Assembly (NCBI GenBank): GCA_032718475.1
Contig: JAUCBJ010007613.1
Span: 1 to 64,000 of the forward strand
Reading direction: 5' to 3'
Source of the DNA: Nemertoderma westbladi
Lineage: Eukaryota; Animalia; Xenacoelomorpha
Length of the DNA stretch: 64,000 bases
The notes under the pieces: model-generated
Database searches by the model: none
What the model was told of the DNA's origin: nothing
The model's input: only the letters and a program-made list of their open reading frames with translations
Made by a program: the position numbers and the translations under genes
In this document: piece after piece, positions 36,773-49,600 of the stretch
Layout of the letters: each line of letters opens with the position of its first letter
Position numbering within the stretch: the stretch's first letter is position 1

Positions 36773-37990
36773 TGTTCGCGCTTTCAGACCTTTGGCAGTT
36801 TAACCCGCCAAATTAAGATGTCTTCTAGATATTAAATCGCTTTTTAGCCTATGACAAGTATTTGATTCACTACACTAGTCGAAACCAATCTGTGCGCGAC
36901 CATTCACCCGCTGGATATTCCCGGGAGATTGGGTTCGACGGTTTAATTTTATTGCTATGTAAGCCTAATGTATTATTCGACTGACAGTATTATATAATCT
37001 CTGACAATATTATTCACCTTCGGTAATATTAACAGTTCCTTTAGGACGTGGCGCTTTATCTATATAAACAGAGTTATGACTTAAACTACTCACAACGATA
37101 TGGCTTAATTATAATTCACATATATGGCGCATTCTTTAGGAATTGCTTCTTTAACAGACTCACTCATACACAATGCTGCACAATACTGCACACTAATCTG
37201 CCAATCTTCACTGATTTTAGTCACATATAAAAGGAACACAGACTGACTCATGTAGGGTCTATCAAATAACATTAGATTCAATTCAAACCACTTTAACATA
37301 AGTCACAATCGTTATTGGTAACCTTTCTCTCTTACCTTCGGTATATCAAGAATATTGGGTTTCGGGGTTATTTCTCGTTATTCCAATATAATAATTCATC
37401 AACCAATATAATGAATAACCGACAACAAATAGCAGTATACAGTATCGATTGAGCAAGTAAATTTTAGCAGTTTCAGCAGTTATTAAAAGCCGTATGTCAG
37501 CAGGTATTATGCAGCAGTGATTACTGCAGTGCCGCAGTTAAAGGATATATGTCCTTATAATTAAACCTACTAGTGTTGAGCTAAAAAGCAGAAAGCACAA
37601 AACACTAAAAAGCCGTTCTTTCGTGGCTTTGAAAAACTCGTGACTACTGCTCTGTACGAGGATACCAACTCCCTTATTCCACGAAGCTCCCGTTCAACAC
37701 AGAGAAAGAGCAGTGAGATAGGAAAATTTCAGTTCAGTAGCTCTGTGATAGGTCAAAATCAAGGCTAACTCAAATTCTATTGGGAGATACAAAAACAAGG
37801 CTATGACGCAACCTCCCTAGGCTTGTTGGCCGATTAAACAGAGCCCAGATGCCTGCGTACAGCAAATCAGCCAATAAGCTGGTAACTTGCACTATTTTTA
37901 GCTATAGATCACTTTGAGAGTATTCTTAGCGACTGGGGGGGAACTGGCCAACAAGGCAAACGAATCAGTTATCCCACAAAAGCTTTTACA
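36773..37990 (-). repeat. 5' LTR of element B
   Basis: Direct repeat of 22150-23372, upstream of gag-pol. Confidence 0.97.
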
Positions 37991-37995
37991 ATCGG

Positions 37996-38505
37996 TTCAG
38001 GATGCTGCTCATTCAGTCGATCGGGAATCGCTACGTCTTGCTTATTCATGCATTCACCGCATTTGTAGAACAACTTATATACGCTGAAAACCTTTGGCAT
38101 CTCCTGATCCTCGCCTCGAGTCCTCCGGTAAAGGTGCATTCCATCAAATTGATCCCGGACTGCAGGTAGCGGTTCGTCATATCGTAAATACATGTTCATA
38201 TGGTTCAGACGGGCGATTTCTTCGCCGGGGTTTGCGCTAATGTCGCATACATCAAGGGCAAAGTTGTAGGAATAACAAGTGCAATACTCTTTCCGTAGAA
38301 CCTTCATGCAGTCTCCCAACGCTCGTATCCGTTCCCTCCTCAACTCCTTCTCATACGTGGGGTGATACTTCCCATTCAACTCCATCACCGATCTCCCGTG
38401 GTAATAAACATTCGAATCCTTACACCCGGGTTGGGCGAACGGTAGTTCCTCCTCCTCTCTGGCGGTGAATCCTCTCCTCGGTTGCGCTCGAATTTCCTTC
38501 TCCAT
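37996..38505 (-). pseudogene. 5' part of the orphan extra ORF of element C (interrupted by B)
   Basis: ATG-initiated 170-codon open frame downstream of C pol; Cys motifs CTC and CGEC; continues at 22149. Confidence 0.7.
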
Positions 38506-39261
38506 TATTTCCGCATATATCTACATATATCCAATAGTCCGTTACGCAAACCAATTACACTGTGGGTAAATCAGTTAGATGGTGCGGAGGGAGAAACTTC
38601 CCAAGCTAGACCGGCCGCCTTCCAGCAGTTCAGGTTCGGCTTTCTAGATCCCGTCTCATTCCTAGCTACCTTCTAACCTATTCCCATGCATAGCACAAAA
38701 ACTTCGGAATAAACTGGCCGTGACCAACTCACTTTTTGATGCCCAAGCTACTCCCCAATACACTAGACTACAGTAGTTAGAAAGGACAATAGTTTCGGCG
38801 CTCGACTATACCAAACCCACAGGTTTGATAATCGAACACCTCACTTCACTGCAAACAACTGAGTGGGGTCTGTGTACGCCTCTGGTGCTACTAACCTTTA
38901 GCACCTTGGTTGTTGTACTGTTGGCACCAATCTGTGGAAGTTACTGAACTCAATTTACACTTCTACATAATATAGCCGTCACCATGGTGTCTAGATACTA
39001 TTTTCCAGGCTTCACGACTTTCAAATTACTGTACATCTATAGACGAATTCTAGAACGCGTCTATATGCAGCGTTTGGAATTGTCTCGGGTTCACTTCTAA
39101 TTTTTAAAAAATTTTAATTTTCCAAACATTTTATGAAAATAAAATTTTGTTTTGATACCCACCAGACAAATTCTCAAAACAAATCACCACAAACCCGCTC
39201 CTATGCATTTCTCAGTATTTGCATACGAGGAAAGCATACAAAGTGAATTTGCGTTACAACA

Positions 39262-42200
39262 CTAATTTTGGTTTGAGGCAGAAGACAAATTATAGTCTCC
39301 TGTCTCGATGCGTGTCTCCTCTAATAACACAATATCTTGGACTGGTCTGTCCAAGGTGTGTAAACCATTAGTTTTACACTTCTTTTGGTTCGGACACTTG
39401 CACCTTATTTTTAAAGTGACGGTGCTCACTATATTTTGTACGTCCGGGTGTATGTGCAAGATGACTCCGGTCTCCCAATATTTTCTCTTGACAACTGGTT
39501 TGGTTATTAATACGTAGTCTCCTCTTTGGAGGCTTCGAAATGTTTTGTACCACTTGGATCTGGTGGATATTGTGGGAAGATAATATTCCCGCCATTATTC
39601 CCAGAATGTGTACGCAACGAATTGAGTTATTTTCCAGCTCTTTCGACTATATAGGTCGGCACTAATGGGTTCTGATGCCGGCACAAGAAACTGTTCCAAT
39701 ACTCTGGCGTTCACGCTCTTGCAAACCAGACAGGCGTCGTACATAGTACCTACTGCCCTGCTTGGCTGCAATAGAATGAATCGCTGTCTCACTGCCGACA
39801 AACAGTGTAACTTTCCCGCGTGATGCAACCTCTTATGTATATCCCATAGAATCGCTCTTTGCAATTCTATTGGGTGACTAGGGATTATCACTGGGAACCT
39901 AAACTGTGAGTCTATGTCGACAGTCTGGATTCTCGATCTATGACAAATCAAACCCTTATGGATTAATGGGCTCCATTTTCTAAGGGGTTTATAGAGAACT
40001 GGTCGTTGAGCCGATAACAGATAGAATTCTTTCGGGAATGCACACATTTGATAATGCTTCAAATGCTTTAATTCCGCTTGATGAATCTCACCCTCTGTCA
40101 GAGGTTGTTTCAATTTCTGAATTTGCTCACTATTAGTGCTCGTTTGTTCTCCTAAATGTTCCGAATGTTTTAAACAAAGGTACAAAACGTATCGGCTTAA
40201 CCACGCAGTTCTTTTACAAATTGTCAGCCAAGAGGCGGACGAATTTAGCAATTTGTCATAAATACTACATGGCTCTAATGCCAGCGATGGTTGCCCGCTA
40301 GCTAATGGAAGTTTCGAATCCAAACCCGCAGGTTTGGAAACCGAAGGCTCCATCTTGTCGGTCATTTTCTGTCCGTCACTTACTAATTGTGTCCCTTGTG
40401 TAGTCTGTAAGGGTGGTTTTATGTCATAACTTACCCTTCTGGACCTAGTAGTCACGTAAGTCTTTTGGTCTGACAGGTCTCCAGGCCGCTCCAATGACTC
40501 TTCAGGCCGCTCCAATGACTCTAATTTGGCTTTCGACTTAGACTTGGAGACTTTCTCCACTTTGACTTCTGCATCCATCGGCATCGGATTAGTTACTATC
40601 TTCAGTCGCTCTGGCCAATGCTCCTGTGTCCTCGTTAGAAAATCAGGTCCATCCAACCAAAACTCCTGGGACTCCTCCTGACAGAATTCCGCCGGCATAG
40701 CACCTCTCAAAGTTATGTCGGCCTGGTTTAACACTCCCGGACAATATCTCCATTGTTCCTTCGTCGAGAAGTCGACGATCTGAGTGCATCTGTTGGCCAC
40801 AAATGTCTTTAGTGCAATATTGTCAGCTGCAATATACACTAATCCAATAAAATAATGTCAATGTCGTGTCTAACTCCTCTATTATCTGCTTTCTTACCTC
40901 AACTGAGACTACTGCCGCCTGCAACTCTGCATGAGGGACAGTCATGTATTTGACCGGCATTGTCTCTGATCTAGAAGTCACAAAGGCCATCTCAAACTTG
41001 TCCTGACTTACCTCTCGGCGAAGGTAGGCTACCATACCAAAGCCGGTGTCACTTGCGTCACTAAATAAGTGCAGCTCTAAATCAGCTGGAAATACCAGCT
41101 GATTCGGAAAGTAGGAGCGGGGTACATCTATATTTTTCAATAGATGTAACTCGGCTTCCCACATTGGCTCGTCCCACTCTAGGTCGGACAACCAAATTTT
41201 CCTCATACATACCCATAACGTAATATTACCGGGCTGATAAAGTTCATCGAATAGTCAAATCGATCAAATAGTCTACTCATTGTCGATAAGCAGATTATCT
41301 TAGTCAAAACTTTGTCCGGGCTACTGGGCTCAAACCGTGTCTGGAACTTGGAAACTGAAACCTGGAACTTGTCTGTGTTCGGATTCCAAGCGAGTCCCAG
41401 TACTCGCGCCATGGGGATGGGTTCTACACCCCATTCTATGTCTCCGATCCCGCGATCTTTCACCGGGAACGACTCTAATAGGGCCTCCGAGTTGGTGGTG
41501 AACTTGGTCAATGGGAAACCCCCTGTAGCCAAGCACTCCTGTAGGTCATGAGCCACTTCTATGGCTTGTCTCGCCACATCCGTACACCAATCCGTCGTCC
41601 ATATAGAAGTTTCTCAGGATGGACTCAATAACGTCTACTGGATACTTACCAATCTGGGCCGTTGCCGTTTTCTTTAGAACAAACAGCGTGCCGTTGGGAC
41701 TATCGCGGGCAGGCACCGAATATCCTGACATACATCTGGTATGTAACCACTGGGCCGGCTAGGTCTTCATTCTCATACCAGAGAAATCTGAGACTATCCT
41801 GGTCCGCCTTGCAGGCTCTTACCTGGTGAAACATCGCCTCGATGTCGCAAGTAAACGCGAATCGCCGCTGTCTAAAGCGTAACAGTATCCCTATTAAGTA
41901 GTTATTTAAGTTGGGACCATCCATCAACTCTGAGTTCAGCGACATACCTCTATAGACTGCTGCGCAGTCATTGACTACTCGGACCTTGTCTGGTTTGTCA
42001 GGGTGAGTCATATAGTGGTGTGGGAGGTAATAAGTCTGGTCCGTCACTAAGTCCAGATCCTCTACCTTCCCAGCAAATCCCTTGGCAAAATAGTTGTTTA
42101 TCTGGGCGCAATACTTCTCCCTAATGTCTGGATTCTTCAGCAACCGAGCCCTTACTCTGTTCAATCTTTTCAAGGCTAAGTTGTAGTTGTTCTCCAACTT

Positions 42201-45200
42201 AGGAGGTTGTCGACGCCACAACATTCCAACTTCAAAATGTCCTGTCGGTAGCAGACGTATGGTATCTTCCATCATCTCTAGCGACCGTTTCTCATCAGTG
42301 GACATGGTTAGGTCGTATCCACCGGGTTCCATTGCGTCCCTATCCAGCCATTCGACGGTTTTAGCTCCTGTCTCGAGGTCCTGGCGTATCAGTTCCTTCT
42401 GCAACTCCTCCTTACTGTATTGGAAAATGTAGATGTCTCAATATTTAGCCACCTGACCCTCCACTATGTCGGTATAAGTCAAAACGTTACTCAAATAAGT
42501 GGCGTGGGCCACTGAACCAGACCCACGGGTCTGATAACAGTAGTCCTCGGGTTCACTATCTGTCCGGTCGTTATAGAGTGGTTCCGACAATCTAACATTA
42601 TCGGGAATCAACTCCTCATCCGACTCGCTAACGTCACTATAGTGGTCAATGCAGGTTCTCCTAAACTCGTTATGTTTGGTGGTTCTACTAACGGTGGTTG
42701 AGTTATAGGCTGTCATCCTTTGGCTTGTCGCCACCTGAAAACTCATAAGACATGGGTACTCGTGTACACCAACCTAATATAGTCCTATGGGCATGTGGTC
42801 CATTTACATGCGGCTCAGCTGGTCTCGTTTCCCATATTTGGTGCGCAATCAGCTGTTCTGCTCCAATTAACATAGACACATTCCTATAACCTACCTGGAG
42901 TCTCGGTATTCTGAGCTTGTCAAAATACTCCTGTGCTATAGGACTCATCAGTGGCACCTTACCTAACTGTCTGCCAAACCCTTTCATAGCTAGACACTTG
43001 AATCCGTCCAATGGCAATGCTCTCCATTCTTGGCGAGTGTGCTGGTCTCTCGGAAGTAGGGAATCTAGTTCTACCGAAATCTTGTGTCCCTTGAGGTCCC
43101 CTACCCCGTGCATGGATTTTAACTCTATTTGGATCTCCTCGGCGTCCTGGAAGCTGGAAACGGCTCTCGCCACTTCCTCGTCTATATATGACAATGTGGA
43201 CGCAGTGTCCAACATCACATATATTCTCTTCAATCCCTTGTCTCCAGTAAGTTTCACCAGGATCATGCTGAATATTTCCGACGTGGCCAATGACAAATAC
43301 GTCCGCGCGCTGGTCGATGAACTATCTGCGGTGAACCCTTGGCAGGTCACCTCTCTCACGCTCGCCTCACCATCCTCGTCCGACAAACCTGGTTGATACC
43401 CATCGTCCTGGATGCCGGTGTACGTATTTCTTCTTATCGTTACGGGATCTCTTCTCCCCTTCCTTTGAGGATTTCTCTGTAGGTAACGGTCCATTGGGGT
43501 ATGGAAATCCGCATGTTGCAACTTGTGATGTAGTCTGCCGCACTCCATGCATCTGTCCTTGCTGTCTGGGCACTGGCGCCATATATGACCTGGCGCAAGA
43601 CATGCCCAACAGGTGTCCAATGTCCGCACTTGAACTCTTCTCTGTTCCGAAGTTAACTCTTTGAACCGTCTGCAACTATCTAACTTGTGGTCGTCAGATC
43701 TTACCTCTTTTAGTAAACAGAATTGGCAACCTACAAATCCATCCGGCAACTCCTGTTGCTTTACCTTAGGTCTATCTGACCGCTCACCTGACCATACTCG
43801 CGAGTCTGATCTAAAGGCAGGGGTACTCGAATTGTATCTGTCTACTGAATTAAAAGTCACAGTGGTCCTGTCATCGTCAAAACTTACCATTGACTTACAG
43901 GTAACAGGTTTAGACTCTCTCATATTCTCCTCTGAAAAGTTTGATTTCATCTCTGCTACCGCATCTGTGGCTATCATGGCAAGGATGTGTTGAAGTGTCA
44001 ACACCTTACCTTGACCCTCTAACTTATTCTCTAATTTGGGCCATTTCTGTCAGTAACGCATGTTTAAACGTCTTATTATGCTCTTTAAAACTTCGGTGTG
44101 ATCACCATGATGAGGTAGATTTACCATCCTCAAGATGTCTAATGCGTTCGAAATAGCATTCGCTAAGTTCAACAGCTCTAATGGAGTTGTAATCCTTCTG
44201 CCCTTACCCAAGTCTTCCACTATCGACTGTGCCATCTTGGTTTTATTCCCGTAGATGTCGCTAAGTGTCTTCATAGCTAGTTCAAATGCTCTTTCATTGC
44301 TGATGAAGTTATCAGCAATGGCTCTAGGTTCTCGATGGAGCATCTGTAGCAGATAGTTGAACTTCTCATTGGGAGTAAAGGTGCTGTTTGTCAGCTTTTC
44401 GTCGACATAGGTTTTGAACGTCCTCCGATGTCTATGGTTGCCCATAAACTTCTGGGGTTGTTGCGTCGGCAGTCCTTGCCTAGCGGCAAACTTACCTATG
44501 TCTCTAAGGGTTGCATCGTTCCGGGTTAACAAATTATTTAGTTCTGCAGGGTTATTAAGTCTGGTCCTTTCCCGGGGATTTATACTTACCTGCTCCGCGT
44601 CGGTCCTTCTTTCCTTCCGGTTTTGGGACTTCTGATGTCTCATTTCTTCCTCTTCATCACTTGAGTCTGTGTCAGTCCTCAGCGCTCGTGTTGGTTTATG
44701 TGCCGAAGCCCTGACCCAGGCCTCTTGTATAAATCTTACCGCCGAATTTTCAAAGTTGGGATTATGGATCGTAGGGACAGGCGTTCTTACCTGAGGTCTA
44801 TGTGGTATAGTTGCCTCCGATATGCATACTCGTTGACTAGGTTGGACTTTATCTAATTCAAGCCTGCTAGGATTAGAATTACTTCTTACCTGGGCTGCTT
44901 CTTTTAACTGTAGGTTACTAAGCATGTCTGTTATAGGTTGGATGTGCGGCGATATAGCTTGCGCTAAACTGGCACCTAACTCCTCCCACGTAATAAATTC
45001 CTGGCTAGAGTTCTGCTGTATTGTCGGCTCTATCTGAGTAATCCGCTGTCTCTCATATGATCCTCTTCCGGTTTAACCCGGAAGTTCTCCGTCGAACTGG
45101 GTCGGCGATCCATCCACATATTCCAAACTGGCAGTATCGGTTTGCCCAATACTCGGCCTCTCGGAGTTTCTTCTATAAACTCCCCTTCATCCCGATAATA

Positions 45201-45609
45201 GTTGCATTGTGGCGCGCCGTCCTGATGGCATGGATCCTGCGCGATGGGTGAAGCACTAATACGAACTGGCGTGCGATATGTAGAAAACGGTTTAGCGATC
45301 CGCGTACTCGTAATAGCTGGACCGGGTATTGGAATTCTGGTTGCCATTGACTCACGTATAACCGGAGTTCTCGCCTCCTGTTTGGCCTTCTGCTGTGCGA
45401 ACAGTTCTCGCAACTCGGTACCTACACTCGCCCCACATTCTTCGATCATTTGCATCCCCTTCTCAGCGATTTCATTTGCCTTCCCGGTTCGTTCTTTGCT
45501 CTCTAAGTTTAATCTTGCACCTTCCAATTGCGCCAGTTTGCGTTGTTCTTCTTCCCTCACGAGTCTTGCTGCTCTTTCTTCTTCCCACTTTCGTCCTTCT
45601 GGGCTCCTC
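39262..45609 (-). pseudogene. Disrupted gag-pol of element C (C-terminal part; integrase DDE core missing)
   Basis: Capsid (QKFMGN..FNYLLQML), knuckles, protease MLDTAS, RT FTCDIEAMF/FYMDD, RNase H FSDAS, HHCC; many frameshifts and stops. Confidence 0.9.
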
Positions 45610-46033
45610 CCCGAGACGCACCCACAAGGCGGACGTGTTTCCACCACCCCTGGGGCCAGTCTGACTGATTTTATTATCAGACCGGGCCGGAGGGTGGCCT
45701 GATGCTTCCCGGGTTCTGTTTTCGGTCCCCCAATCACACCGGCACAGCTCGTCGAATGTGTAGCCAGATGGGCAGCTACTGTCAACTTACTGTGGCCTGA
45801 CTGTACATTGAGCCAACTCAGAGAGTCAACCGGCAGGTGGACCAGTCGATAGCGATCGAGCACCAAGGTCACCCTTGGGCCTAACCGACGGTCTTGTCCC
45901 AAGCGGGCTTGCGCTACCCAACATGGAATATTGACACGTTTTCACCCGCCTTGCCGGCAGCATTGAGGAGACACCATTCCACAACAATACTGACTAGCTC
46001 GAAAGCTAGGAACAAGTAACCACTTACCAGTCA

Positions 46034-46562
46034 TGTTAGCTTATCCAATTCCGCTAACACAAACCCATAGAGTGAGCCATAAAGCAATATTGGGAGCACG
46101 AGGTTGATTACCAATCAACCTCGTGTCAGCCCAATAAACGGGGACAATAGGCCCCAAAGGAGACACACACAATAAGGGTCAGGGGCCAAACCCCTAACCG
46201 AGAGAGAACACAGGGAGTAAAGGGAAACACTCCAAAGGGTGCCAACAGGGGTATCAACCAATCAGAGGGGGGAAAGGCATCGATTAAGTAGCAATAAGGC
46301 CACCGTGCAATATAACCAGTAACCTGTAATCATTCATTCAGTTTACTCAGTCAGATCAGTAGGGTGGAACGGGGACTTCTGTCACCGTCCGCTACCGCCA
46401 TTATATATTACCTGTTGTGTCATACTATACTATATCAACTATCAGACTATTATACCTTTATACATATTACCCAACATCAGAACTCTTTTACCTTTCACAC
46501 ACGGCGGGGACGCGTGGATAGAAAACCCAACGGATAAACCGGGATCCGTAGATCCCGTCACA
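46034..46562 (+). repeat. 5' LTR of element D
   Basis: Direct repeat of 52324-52852. Confidence 0.97.
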
Positions 46563-46651
46563 GTGACAGAACTAGATCCGCCCAGCTGCCCTGACAGAGA
46601 TAGAATAGAGCTACCGTCCTAGCTAGCGACGACCAGCTACTGAAGACGAAG

Positions 46652-49600
46652 ATGAGTCGAGATAGAGGAACGACACCGCCGCGGACCCCGGACGACGATC
46701 TAACGATCCGCGAGGCCACGGCGAGACGATACGAACCCACGACGCCGATCGATGCTACGCCGACCACGTCGACGCAGGTTGACACCACGTCGACAACGAG
46801 CAACCCGGCGAACCAAGATGTGGGGGGTCGTCTACAACCGGAGAGCGAGTCGAGTAGAGGAGACGAGTTGGGAGGAGAAGAGAAAGACGAGTCGACGCGG
46901 AGCGAGGGTCGACATACCTATGTCACCGGCCAGTCACAGGCCGAGGACGACGAACGGTCCACCGGAACGGCAACGGTGGGGCCGTCGGTACGACGTCGGA
47001 CCCGAAGAGACAGAGGAGAGATCGGCGACGAGGACGTCGGGGTTTCTGATCGACTTCGACGGGCCTACAACGCGACCCGGGAACTACTAAAGGAGGCCAA
47101 GGAGGGGGCGAAGATAGACGAGGTGAGACTGAGAAAGCGACTAGGTGAGTCGAACAGATACTTTGATCACCTAGTGTGTTCTGGACAGAGAGAACTAGCA
47201 GAGTTGAGGGCGTGGGGAGTTGCCTTCGAACTGTTTAAACTGTGGGAATGTGGGGGTATGGAACCTAGCGTAGTGTACGTAGGGCCATACTTAGTCGATG
47301 CCCGGGGAGTAAAATTAGTGGGTTGGAAGAGACCTGAGGAGGGCGAATCCGAGGTTAACTCCGAGGATTCGGTCTCGTCGGTCGGAGGAAGTTCCGGGAG
47401 GCGGTGGAAAGTTAGTGGGACGGAGGGGCGACGGGAGTCCGTCGCAACCGATAAGTCTGCTACATCCTCCGTAAAAGAAAGACGGGTGCGAGAGAGTGAA
47501 CGCATGGCGTATAAATTAGAAATGGTTGCGACAGAGCAGAATGAGTTAGAGAGACGATTGAGAGAGGGAACTGCATTCTCAGAGAAGGTAGGAGAGTTGG
47601 AGAGGGAGTGTAGAGAGAGGGCCGAGAAGTGTAGAGAGGGAACCAAGGAGTGTAGAGAGCGAGAGATAGGAGTAGAGAGCGAGCCGGCGAGGCGGCTTGA
47701 GATGCTTGCGAGAGAGGCAGAGTTGGCCGAGCAGAATATGCGAGAGATGGGGATAGAGGGTGAGCGCAGGCGGGATGATTTGCGTGCTCAGCTAGGGAGG
47801 CTTGCGCAATATCAAGCCAAATTAGACCAGCGCCGACTAGAACTGGCGCGGTTGGAGATATCAGAGAGTGAGCCCCCACTTACAGGCACCGGGCGAGAGA
47901 GCCAGAACTGGTGTAGCCGTACGGGCGGGGGGTGTAATAGTAGTACGTCAGAAGTAGTTAATATTAATAGTACCGTAGTAAATAACCTTAATCCCTTTAT
48001 TACAGGAAATAATATTTTACCGGGTAGTAGTAATTTAAATTTAAATACAAATACTCTAAATAATAATTTCAATTCAAACCCGCAAAATAATTCGAATAAT
48101 AATTTAAGTTTAGAGAATAGTAGTGACCTAAGTAATTTAAATAATTTAAATAATAATCCCGTTTCAAATTCTAATAATTTAATTGATTTAACAAATAATA
48201 TTGGGAATGGTGCTATTAATATGAGCGTGTCGGACGTGCATAACTCAGCAGACGGGGGCCTGGTAGGCCACGTAGTTAGTAGGCAGGAGGTGGCAGGGTT
48301 GAGCCAACCCGACGGCGGCCTGGTAGGCCACGTAGTTGGTAGGCAGGAGGTAGCGGGGTTGAGCCAACCCGAAGTAGGCCTGATGGGCCACGCAGCAGTA
48401 GAGAGAGAGGCGGGGGTGAATAGACCCAGCCGTAGTAGAGACAGTGCGTCGACTAGAGAGGGGTGTAGAGACGAAGTGAGAGGTAGTGAAGTTAGATGTG
48501 GCGAGTGGGGGGGGGGGGCTACGGGCGCCCCACCACATAAGATTAGTGGCGAGAGAGGGGGGGCAGAGAATGCCCCACAAGAGGGGTATAGAAGTGTAGT
48601 AAGAAATAGTGAAGTTAGAAGTGGCGGGTGGGGGGGGGCTACGGACACCCCACCGCGAGAGATTAGTAGAGAGAGAGGGGGGGCAGAGAGTGTCCCACAG
48701 CCGTCAGCGGATAATGCGCGGGCCGAATCAGGTAAACCGCAACACCCGGCGACGGAGAGTAATAGGGGGATTGCGAGTATCCCCAGCGGCGTGCGATCGA
48801 GCAGAGAGAGGCAGGTTGACGTCGCGAGAGGGCAGGCGAAGCGTCGAGCCCGACCAGAAGAGAGAAGAAGAACAGTGGAGTTTAACCGGGAGGTCGACGA
48901 GAGATCTCACGAGCCGGAATACTACACAGAAAAGAGAAGAAGAGAAGATAGTAAAAAAGGTGTCGCCACGAATGATAGGAGTGCGAGGACGGATAACGAA
49001 CCGTCGATAGTAGAGATGGAGTCAGGGAGCCAGTGGGGTCGAACTTCGGGAGATTGCCGTCGCCCCGGAGAAACGCACCGCACGCCAAGAGAGGGGTACA
49101 AGACGTACCAATACAGAGTCGAGAACAGGAGAGGGGATCGGAGAGAAGCTTCCCGACGGGATATAGCTGCCGAACGAGAATACGGTAGCCGCGGGGAGGA
49201 TTATTCGAGAAGAATAAACTTCGATCCCGAGCAACACATGCAGACTGTAGGGCATACTGTAGGCCTTACTGCACATACCGTAGGCCATACTGAGAGAGGC
49301 AATGTAAGCCATGGGGTAGCGCGAACGACGGGATTAAACCCGGAAGTCGCGGAGTACATACCGGTAGGTAGGCGAGAGGTAGGTAGGCCTATATCGGTAC
49401 AGCAGCATGACTATAATACACAGGGACATAACATATATCCAGGGGAGGGGGGAGTTATTGGAGATAGACGTATGGGCCCCAATGTATTAACATCAACCCC
49501 AGTACCAAACATACCGGCTGGGGGGGGACAGGGTGACATTCCCCCATCACAATATCAACAATATACCCCAATAGGAGCGAGAACATCGAACCCCTTGGAC

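Larger units (their letters stand above)
22150..37990 (-). mobile_element. Intact, young BEL/Pao LTR retrotransposon B (15,841 bp)
   Basis: Near-identical ~1.22-kb LTRs (visible difference is poly-G length), TG..CA ends, 5-bp TSD ATCGG (22145-22149, 37991-37995), uninterrupted gag-pol. Confidence 0.97.
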
